Below are positions 20,596 to 27,224 of a stretch of 64,000 nucleotides of DNA, piece after piece. The translations under genes and the position numbers were made by a program. The first letter of the stretch is position 1; each line of letters opens with the position of its first letter. The stretch is from an uncultured Bacilli bacterium (GTDB lineage Bacteria; Bacillota_I; Bacilli_A; RF39; UBA660): positions 13,566 to 77,565 of the forward strand of contig CAKOWU010000007.1 in the NCBI GenBank assembly GCA_934129885.1. Reading direction: 5' to 3'. Under the pieces are notes generated by a model. That model ran no database searches. It was not told the origin of the DNA and saw nothing but the letters and a program-made list of their open reading frames with translations.

Positions 20596-20938
20596 TTATA
20601 TCATTCCTTTTTTTTAATCCATAAATCATTTTTCTAATCTCTGTAAAAAACCTTCCTAAAACTTCAAACTGATGTTTACTAATAATTTTTTTATCATATG
20701 AAACTCTAACATAAAAATCTAACATCGATGTCTTAATGAGCATATCTTTCAAATTCTTTTCTCTAATTCTATCAGTATCATTAATACTGTATGCAAAAAC
20801 AAGTTCAACTAACTGATAACAAGCCTGCTCTATATTATTACTTAAAATCATTTCTCTTTTAGGGTAATTTATTAATAACTTGTTAAAATAATTAACTGTT
20901 TTATAAATATTATTTAGTATTTTAAAATTGTAATTCAT
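20576..20938 (-). CDS. avd: Avd-like four-helix-bundle protein (accessory variability determinant / 23S rRNA IVS protein family)
   Basis: 120 aa from ATG 20938, with AAGGTGA 5 nt upstream. Pattern YPKREMILSNNIEQACYQLVELVFAY is typical of this helical family. Sits beside a DGR-type RT. Confidence 0.72.
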   Translation of the reverse strand: MNYNFKILNNIYKTVNYFNKLLINYPKREMILSNNIEQACYQLVELVFAYSINDTDRIREKNLKDMLIKTSMLDFYVRVSYDKKIISKHQFEVLGRFFTEIRKMIYGLKKRNDINGEVKK

Positions 20939-21015
20939 AATTTCACCTTTTAATAATTGTGTGGCGAAAGGGAAAGCAATAAAATCAAAGATGACCCTAA
21001 CCCACCGATATAGCA

Positions 21016-21206
21016 ATAGTTATATAAACACACTCGCAGTTATATAACGTCTATATCATCTTTTTAGGCATATGCCAAGGAATTAACCTTGTTTCCAATC
21101 TGAATAAGATTATTGCCAAAATGGCAACTACTTCCTCTCGTTATTAGCCTTAACCAAATAACATCACGGTTCATTAGTAAATAATTACTAATCGTAGTAG
21201 GAAATT
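21016..21206 (-). promoter_or_regulatory. structured non-coding leader between the cassette array and avd
   Basis: Palindromes GGCATATGCC (21067-21076), CAAGGAATTAACCTTG (21076-21091) and TTGCCAAAATGGCAA (21113-21127). Direct repeat AGTTATATAA x2 (about 21019-21050). Function unknown. Confidence 0.3.
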
Positions 21207-21207
21207 G

Positions 21208-21312
21208 GGCGGACGCCGAGACTATTCCACGTATTAGTTTCGTTCAAGTTACCCGTACTACCCAGATATAACTCGTTAGCGTTAAACCTGTTGTTATAGT
21301 TAGACGGCGACA
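21208..21312 (-). repeat. silent cassette C1 (Asn/AAC-rich, template-like)
   Basis: Box GGCGGACGCCG to box GACGGCGACA spans 105 nt. Minus-strand frame: VSPS-NYNNRFNANELYLGSTGNLNETNTWNSL-GVRP, with 9 Asn (7 AAC). Confidence 0.85.
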
Positions 21313-21364
21313 CCTATAAACCACCATACATTAAGGTTAATCCCTATTACCCTTTTGGAAAATG

Positions 21365-21469
21365 GGCGGACGCCGAGCCAATTGTTAGTATCCCAGTTAT
21401 CGAACTCACCAGAATCACGCACCATAATCTCGTTAGCGTTGAACCAGTTATTGAAGTGGAACGGCGACA
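21365..21469 (-). repeat. silent cassette C2 (Asn/AAC-rich, template-like)
   Basis: 105 nt box to box. VSPF-HFNNWFNANEIMVRDSGEFDNWDTNNWL-GVRP, with 7 Asn (5 AAC). Confidence 0.85.
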
Positions 21470-21518
21470 CACAAAACCTTACTCTAAAGTTAATCCCTAT
21501 ATCTTTTTTTTGGAAAGT

Positions 21519-21623
21519 GGCGGACGCCGATCGTATTCCAAGTGTTCCAATTATCCATAGAACCTATAGAATTAACGATATACTCGTTAGCATTGAACCA
21601 ATTGTTGAAAAGAGACGGCGACA
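21519..21623 (-). repeat. silent cassette C3 (Asn-rich, template-like)
   Basis: 105 nt box to box. VSPS-LFNNWFNANEYIVNSIGSMDNWNTWNTI-GVR, with 8 Asn. Confidence 0.85.
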
Positions 21624-21671
21624 CATACAACCTATCTTAAGGTTAATCCCTAATATTCTTTTTCGGAAAGT

Positions 21672-21776
21672 GGCGGACGCCGAGCCAGCTAGCGGGGTCC
21701 CACTCAATAATAGAACCATTCTCATGTACTAAAAACACATTAGAAGCAAGCCAACTATCAAAAAGGGACGGCGACA
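21672..21776 (-). repeat. silent cassette C4 (Asn-poor, diversified-looking)
   Basis: 105 nt box to box. MSPS-LFDSWLASNVFLVHENGSIIEWDPASWL-GVR. Confidence 0.85.
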
Positions 21777-21823
21777 TCCATAGCCTCATCTTAAGATTAA
21801 TCCCTATATCTTTTTTGGAAAGT

Positions 21824-21928
21824 GGCGGACGCCGAGCTCATTCCAAACATTCCAATCATTCATAGAACCCACAGCATGCACTGCAATCTCAGGAGCAGCG
21901 AGCCAATCTTTGAAACGAGACGGCGACA
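21824..21928 (-). repeat. silent cassette C5 (Asn-poor, diversified-looking)
   Basis: 105 nt box to box. MSPS-RFKDWLAAPEIAVHAVGSMNDWNVWNEL-GVR. Confidence 0.85.
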
Positions 21929-21976
21929 TCTATAACCTATCTTAAGATTAATTCCTAATATCCTTCTTGGAAATTG

Positions 21977-22081
21977 GGCGGACGCCGTACCATGAATGCA
22001 TACTAAAGAAATCAATAGCACCAGATACACTTATGAAAAGCCCATAAGAGGTCTGCCAATGATCAAAGCGGGACGGCGACA
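21977..22081 (-). repeat. silent cassette C6, identical to the expressed variable module
   Basis: 105 nt box to box. VSPS-RFDHWQTSYGLFISVSGAIDFFSMHSWY-GVRP. Positions 21976-22081 equal 22542-22647 (106/106 nt). Confidence 0.9.
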
Positions 22082-22129
22082 CACATACCTTAATTTAAGA
22101 TTAACACCTATATTCTTTTTTGGAAATTG

Positions 22130-22234
22130 GGCGGACGCCGTAAGTATTCCACACATTAGTTCCATAAAGGTAACCTAAACTACCCAGATAAAACATGCTA
22201 GCATAAAAGCCATAATGGAAAACGGACGGCGACA
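22130..22234 (-). repeat. silent cassette C7 (Asn-poor, diversified-looking)
   Basis: 105 nt box to box. LSPS-VFHYGFYASMFYLGSLGYLYGTNVWNTY-GVRP. Confidence 0.85.
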
Positions 22235-22400
22235 AATCGCACATAATTTTAGGTTAATCCTTACTCGGAAAATTTTTTTATTGCTATGAAGCAATATCCT
22301 ATATCCAAGTTTTAAATTATGGGGGCATCCTTTTTATTTATCTTGCGGTCCCCCATGCCCATTATTTATTTATCACTCTCCACACATCATATTCATCGCG

Positions 22401-22428
22401 GGACAAAAATGATGAGTCATTTTTGTCC
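22401..22428 (-). promoter_or_regulatory. perfect 12-bp stem / 4-nt loop hairpin downstream of the target gene
   Basis: GGACAAAAATGA-TGAG-TCATTTTTGTCC. No U-tract follows on either strand, so it is not a typical intrinsic terminator. Confidence 0.5.
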
Positions 22429-22455
22429 ATCAATGTTCTGATTATATTTCATGAA

Positions 22456-22479
22456 ATGTGGTTTCTTACGAAACCACAT
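22456..22479 (-). promoter_or_regulatory. 10-bp stem hairpin whose tetraloop contains the target-gene stop codon
   Basis: ATGTGGTTTC-TTAC-GAAACCACAT. On the coding strand the loop is GTAA (GNRA-type), and its TAA is the stop of the 975-aa ORF. Confidence 0.5.
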
Positions 22480-25393
22480 ATGGATCTTCTTTCGTACCTG
22501 TTCCAGTAAATGTCAGATTATCAGTATTCAGATTGAGAACCGGGCGGACGCCGTACCATGAATGCATACTAAAGAAATCAATAGCACCAGATACACTTAT
22601 GAAAAGCCCATAAGAGGTCTGCCAATGATCAAAGCGGGACGGCGACATGGTCCAATAGTTCGTACCACTGTATAGATAATAGAGGGAGTTCATGGCTCCT
22701 GCCATTCCCCCTGCCATATTTACTTCATCGGCTGTAATTAAACCAATAGCCTTTGTCAAAGAGCCGTTACTGATGCTATACTCATCATCTGAATTACATA
22801 ATAACGTTGGTCCCTTAGGTGAACCACCCCAATTCCAAAATCTTTCATAACCATAAATAGTAGGTGTTATTCCGTATCCTGTATTCTTATAAGTACCAGA
22901 CTGAAGTGTTGATATATTTTTATTATTACAATATGTCGTATTCTTTGAGAACTTATCTGTATAACTAGATAAATTACTATCATACCAACTATCCAAATAA
23001 GTTTTTATAGTACTATTAGTTACTTTCGCAAATGCCCCTTCTTTCGAAGTAGAACCATAGCCTTTGCCACTTACTGTCATAGATGAAGAACTCACATATT
23101 TTTTTGTATAAAACAAACGCTGACATGAATTGTTTTTATTAGTATCGAAGCAAGTATAATACCCTACCTTATCAGTGGCTAATGTTCCACTAATTAAATC
23201 ACCAGAAACCTTATAACTTTTAGTACTCTTATCGAACGTATAACTAGTTCCAAAATAATACTTTGATGTAGAAGATAAACCAGTATAATTAAATGTTAAA
23301 TCTCCACTATCAGTCTGTACAAAATTACTTTCGTCTCCATACATATACCCAACATAAGCATTATCATTAATATATGAATTAAAAGCCCTAGTACCGACCT
23401 GTCTATCACTAGTCGATTCTCCATTAGGATGTGCACTAGAGCCATCATATATCATTCTAACAGAGCCATCACCATTTACCCTTATTATTCTCCAATATTT
23501 ATTCGCAAACTTAACATAGTTACCACCAACAGAACCACGATAATAATAAGTATCCCCATCATTATCAGTACCTGCATACATGCCAACATCTTTAGTATCA
23601 TAACTTGCCATATTCTGTGTATAGTTATACTTAGTAAATGTATAAGTTTTAGTACCAGTAGTAGAATTAGTACTCGCACTTACACTAGATATCTTATACA
23701 TAGTAGACGCTATAGTATTCCAATTTTGTCCAAGCGTATAATATGTAGTACTAGTATAATCAAGATTACCAGGTTCAACAGTACTACCACCAGTTATTTG
23801 ATACATACCAGTATTAGTATTAAACGTATAACCAGTACCTATATATACATCAGATAAAGTCGTTGACCAAGTTGATAAACTAGTCGCAGCCTTTTCACTA
23901 TAACTTAATTTAGGCGAAGTACTTGTAAAACTTGGAGTACCTTTAGCCTTAATAGTACTTTTCGCAGACGTAATATCAGTATCCTTTGCCTCACTCGCAA
24001 TAACACAATCCCCTAAATCAGTAATACCATTCTTTTCACAGTAACTTTTATGCTTTATAGCAGTCGTTCCCGCTTTAGTAGAAGAAGTATTTCCCGCCTT
24101 ATCTTGAACATAAACATTAACTATATACTCACCCTCTGATAAAGACGTAAACGTATAATTAGCGTTTTCGCTAGAAGTATATGTCTGTCCACCATCTTTA
24201 CTATAATAGTAAGTATTAAGGCCACTATCCTTATCAGAAGCATTTACCTCTACCGTCATAGTATCATCATCAGGAGTAACCGTTACACTATTTACCGTTG
24301 GATCAACGTTATCTACTAAATAACTATCCGAACACTGTTCAGTACTGTTACCAACTCTGTCAGTAGCCTTAAAACATAACTTTTGCTCACTACTACTTCC
24401 ATCAAAAACATAATTAAAAGTATTATCATCCGATAAAGTAGCCTCTTTAGTAGGAGTACATGTTTCATCTGTAGTTACACAATATAAAAACGTTTTTATT
24501 TTATCATTATCTGTTACTGTATTTGTTAGGGTAACCGCCTTATTCCAATTATTATTACCTTGTATTATTTCTTTTTCTTCTATTTTTATGGTTGGTTTAG
24601 TAGTATCTATAGTTTTAGTAGTAGATGTTGATACTACAACATTACCATCTTTATCTTCAGCCTTAACATATATAGTATAGTTGGTATTAGGAGTTAGATC
24701 AGTTAAAATATAGTTATCATTCATGCTGGTATACCATTTATCATTATCGTATGAATAATAATAATTTACAGCATCTGTAGCACTTACTCTTACATTTATT
24801 CTATTTTCTTCTGGGGTTAAGGAAATACCTGCGATAGATAGGTTATCAATAGAGGGAGCATCTGCACCTGAAAATTCTGTTTTACTACCTTCTTGGACAA
24901 AATTTAAATCGGCGGTTATATCAAAGGTTTTATTACCTACACTTGTAGTTACATTTTCATCATATGTGATAGTGACATAAAAGGTTTTACTATCACCTGA
25001 TTTTAAAACATCACCAGAACTGATATCCTCTATTTTAGATTTTAGGATGCTGGAGTCATTCATATTTATTTTAATATAGTCTAAGGCAGCATTTAGTGTC
25101 CCTTCATTAGATACAGTAATGGCGTATTTAGCACTATCACCTGGAGACTTAAAATTTACATTCATAGATGCGTTAAGTTCACTAAAAGTGGCATCACTTT
25201 CTTCGGTAGCCATGCCAGTTAATTTTTCTAATTTTATATTTGTTATTACTACTTTCCATTTTGTAGAAATACTGCTGGTACCTTTAATATCAAGTTGACT
25301 GCTAAAAGCAGAATAGCCTACTGCCATCAAAGTCATAATTCCAAGCATAAAAACAATTAGATAATTTTTCCTTATCATGTCTCTTCTTCTCAT
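22466..25393 (-). CDS. large secreted/surface protein, putative DGR target (Ig/FN3-like repeats plus C-terminal 'YW..SP...GVRP' binding module)
   Basis: N-terminal signal/anchor (LIVFMLGIMTLMAVGYSAF). Repeated beta-sandwich-like units (NYTIYVKAEDKDGN, EYIVNVYVQDKAGN, KATDRVGN). GAGG RBS before ATG 25393. The C-terminal region is homologous to the 59452 paralogue. Confidence 0.85.
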   Translation of the reverse strand: MRRRDMIRKNYLIVFMLGIMTLMAVGYSAFSSQLDIKGTSSISTKWKVVITNIKLEKLTGMATEESDATFSELNASMNVNFKSPGDSAKYAITVSNEGTLNAALDYIKINMNDSSILKSKIEDISSGDVLKSGDSKTFYVTITYDENVTTSVGNKTFDITADLNFVQEGSKTEFSGADAPSIDNLSIAGISLTPEENRINVRVSATDAVNYYYSYDNDKWYTSMNDNYILTDLTPNTNYTIYVKAEDKDGNVVVSTSTTKTIDTTKPTIKIEEKEIIQGNNNWNKAVTLTNTVTDNDKIKTFLYCVTTDETCTPTKEATLSDDNTFNYVFDGSSSEQKLCFKATDRVGNSTEQCSDSYLVDNVDPTVNSVTVTPDDDTMTVEVNASDKDSGLNTYYYSKDGGQTYTSSENANYTFTSLSEGEYIVNVYVQDKAGNTSSTKAGTTAIKHKSYCEKNGITDLGDCVIASEAKDTDITSAKSTIKAKGTPSFTSTSPKLSYSEKAATSLSTWSTTLSDVYIGTGYTFNTNTGMYQITGGSTVEPGNLDYTSTTYYTLGQNWNTIASTMYKISSVSASTNSTTGTKTYTFTKYNYTQNMASYDTKDVGMYAGTDNDGDTYYYRGSVGGNYVKFANKYWRIIRVNGDGSVRMIYDGSSAHPNGESTSDRQVGTRAFNSYINDNAYVGYMYGDESNFVQTDSGDLTFNYTGLSSTSKYYFGTSYTFDKSTKSYKVSGDLISGTLATDKVGYYTCFDTNKNNSCQRLFYTKKYVSSSSMTVSGKGYGSTSKEGAFAKVTNSTIKTYLDSWYDSNLSSYTDKFSKNTTYCNNKNISTLQSGTYKNTGYGITPTIYGYERFWNWGGSPKGPTLLCNSDDEYSISNGSLTKAIGLITADEVNMAGGMAGAMNSLYYLYSGTNYWTMSPSRFDHWQTSYGLFISVSGAIDFFSMHSWYGVRPVLNLNTDNLTFTGTGTKEDPYVVS
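22543..22647 (-). other. expressed variable module (VR-like) of the surface protein
   Basis: Same two GC-rich boxes as the cassettes, 105 nt apart. Encodes MSPS...YGVRP (codons 916-950, ending 25 codons before the stop). Confidence 0.85.
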
Positions 25394-25475
25394 ATACTAT
25401 ACCTCTTTCACGCATATTTTTAATATGCAAATGTTCTCTACCATCTTCCTACAATATACTTATACTTATGCTAAA

Positions 25476-25505
25476 ATTATAATATGTAACGCCAAATCTT
25501 GTCAA
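25476..25505 (-). promoter_or_regulatory. consensus sigma-A promoter of the target gene
   Basis: Minus strand reads TTGACA (25505-25500), an 18-nt spacer, then TATAAT (25481-25476), about 80 nt upstream of the ATG. Confidence 0.65.
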
Positions 25506-25599
25506 GATACTTATGGATAGAACACACAAAATAAAAAAAGTTTAAAAAAACATTAGATTCTATTTCTAATGTTTTTGCTTTACACTATCATATCCTTTA

Positions 25600-26025
25600 C
25601 TAGAACAAGTCATAATATATCTCTTCATTATACTTATCTACTCGTTTTAGCATTTCATCCATATTATCTTTAATATATCTACACATTTCTTTATAATTTT
25701 CTACACTTATGTAATTACTTTCACTCATATATTGATAAAACTTCTTTACACTAGAAGTTGTTTTTTTTAATGAGTTTCTTGATGATCATAGACACTTTTC
25801 TATAAACCATCCACCTAAAAACGAAGCAACTTCAAAAACTCCATCTTCCGCTTTTGTAACGTCATAATAAGTTAAATAATCATTAATAAACAATCTAGCA
25901 TTACCTACATGCTTTCTTACAGTCTTATTAGATAAATCTTTTTCCTCTAACCATTTTTGAAAGCCCTTTAAATATTTCTCATTTCTTTTTATGTTTTTTT
26001 CCGCTTCTACTTCATAATCCCTCTT
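25600..26025 (-). pseudogene. decayed small ORF resembling an integrase N-terminal SAM-like (core-binding) domain
   Basis: 142-codon frame with no start codon (ATG-AAG-TAG in a neighbouring frame) and an in-frame TGA at 25786-25788. Translation: ...NEKYLKGFQKWLEEKDLSNKTVRKHVGNARLFINDYL...*SSRNSLKKTTSSVKKFYQYM... Family call is tentative. Confidence 0.35.
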
Positions 26026-26037
26026 TTAATCACGGCC

Positions 26038-26631
26038 TTACTTTTCCTTAAAAAATTCTCTATTAACACTATAATACTGTATCCCTGAAATAACTGACAA
26101 AGTAGTTGCAAGTATTAGCAGAAAGTCCGATATCCTTAAATTCAAAAGTTCAAATGGCATATTATAAAATAACGTCAAAACAAGACCAACCATCATTGAA
26201 GCAGTTTTCACTTTACCTAGCATCCCAGCTGGTATGACTTTTCCATTTTTGCTGGCAACCATTCTTATAGAATCTACAAAAGTATCACGCATAATGATTA
26301 TCACTGGTATTATTGGGTGAATAAAACCTTGCGCTGATAATATTACTAGTACAGCATTCACAAGTATTTTATCAGCTACAGCATCCATAAACTTTCCAAA
26401 ATCAGTTACTAAATTATACTTTCTTGCAATATATCCATCTATAAAATCAGTTAAAGACGCAATGATAAATAAAACACCCGCAACTAAGTACCTAACATCT
26501 ATCACTATTGTTTCATTCACAAATATTTGTGCTATATCAATTCCCATCGCCGAAAACGGAAATAAGAGTATTACTACTATTATTAATGTTAATATTATTC
26601 TAAATATTGTTAATTTATTTGGTGTATTCAT
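26038..26631 (-). CDS. pgsA: CDP-diacylglycerol--glycerol-3-phosphate 3-phosphatidyltransferase
   Basis: NKLTIFRI...DFIDGYIARKYNLVTDFGKFMDAVADK CDP-alcohol phosphatidyltransferase motif. Confidence 0.92.
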   Translation of the reverse strand: MNTPNKLTIFRIILTLIIVVILLFPFSAMGIDIAQIFVNETIVIDVRYLVAGVLFIIASLTDFIDGYIARKYNLVTDFGKFMDAVADKILVNAVLVILSAQGFIHPIIPVIIIMRDTFVDSIRMVASKNGKVIPAGMLGKVKTASMMVGLVLTLFYNMPFELLNLRISDFLLILATTLSVISGIQYYSVNREFFKEK

Positions 26632-26729
26632 TTTTAATTTTTATGATATATAACAGTTAGATACAAGAGAGATTTTGTATTTTACTTCTTTCTATTATAC
26701 ATCATTTATCCTTTATTATATTTCTCTCA

Positions 26730-27197
26730 TTATTTACTTTCAGTAATTATTGTTCCTTCTTTAAAGTCATCATCATCAGTATTTAAAGTTATTACTAAAT
26801 ATAAAGTGACTATTATTAAAGCTGCGATTAGCCCATATACAACAAAAGGTATTATCCTCATATTCGAATTTCGCTCTATAGTATATGGTGACTTTATTAC
26901 CTTTTTTGGTTTCTTCTTCTTCCTTGCTTGTTTTATGTCATCTAAGGATAACTTGGAAGTATAATCAAAAAGGTATTCATTAAATTCATCAACCAGATCC
27001 TCTTTATTTAGACCTAGATATTTAGCGTAATCTCTAATAAAATATTTTAAATAAAAAATATCATCAAAGGCTTCTTTATTACCAGCTTCAATATTCTCTA
27101 TTTGAGAAGGCCTAATTTTTAAATCCTCACTTGCTTCTTCTATCGATATTCCCATGCTTTCACGGGCTTCTTTTAATTGTTTACCTATTTCTTTCAT
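26730..27197 (-). CDS. rodZ: RodZ-like HTH membrane protein
   Basis: N-terminal HTH (IGKQLKEARESMGISIEEAS) plus a single TM. Located upstream of pgsA, like ymfM/rodZ in Bacillus. Confidence 0.65.
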   Translation of the reverse strand: MKEIGKQLKEARESMGISIEEASEDLKIRPSQIENIEAGNKEAFDDIFYLKYFIRDYAKYLGLNKEDLVDEFNEYLFDYTSKLSLDDIKQARKKKKPKKVIKSPYTIERNSNMRIIPFVVYGLIAALIIVTLYLVITLNTDDDDFKEGTIITESK

Positions 27198-27224
27198 TTA
27201 ATCACTTTCCTATTATATAAAAAA

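Noticed and set aside
21355-21732. Plus-strand ORF of 125 aa across cassettes C2-C4 (and a similar one at 21996-22178)
   Set aside because: They run antisense to the frame that is conserved and length-locked in all eight modules. They have no RBS and exist only because the repeats lack stops on that strand. I treat them as artefacts of the array.
21208-22234. Each cassette as an independently translated 40-45-aa mini-ORF (NTG start, stop soon after the 3' box)
   Set aside because: The NTG corresponds to the Met codon of the target frame (TMSPS). Only one unit (C4) has a GAGG-like sequence upstream, and start codons vary among ATG, GTG and TTG. Silent cassettes are more parsimonious, but translation cannot be excluded without ribosome profiling.
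21207-22275. CRISPR array interpretation of the regular repeats
   Set aside because: The period is about 153 bp. The variable part is a conserved-frame coding module homologous to a gene 3' end, and the conserved part is split into two boxes plus a spacer. No cas genes or leader are present, so it is not CRISPR-like.
23429-23857. Antisense and overlapping ORFs inside the 975-aa target gene (23429-23857 on +, 23485-23679 on -)
   Set aside because: They have low-complexity Ile/Ser/Thr-rich translations with no RBS, and are fully embedded in a much longer ORF with recognisable domain repeats.
25786-25788. In-frame TGA read as Trp (genetic code 4), which would restore the integrase-like ORF
   Set aside because: Every long ORF in the window is intact with TGA as stop and uses TGG for Trp. 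The prfB autoregulatory site also relies on UGA as a stop. Code 11 is used, so this is a nonsense mutation in a decayed gene.
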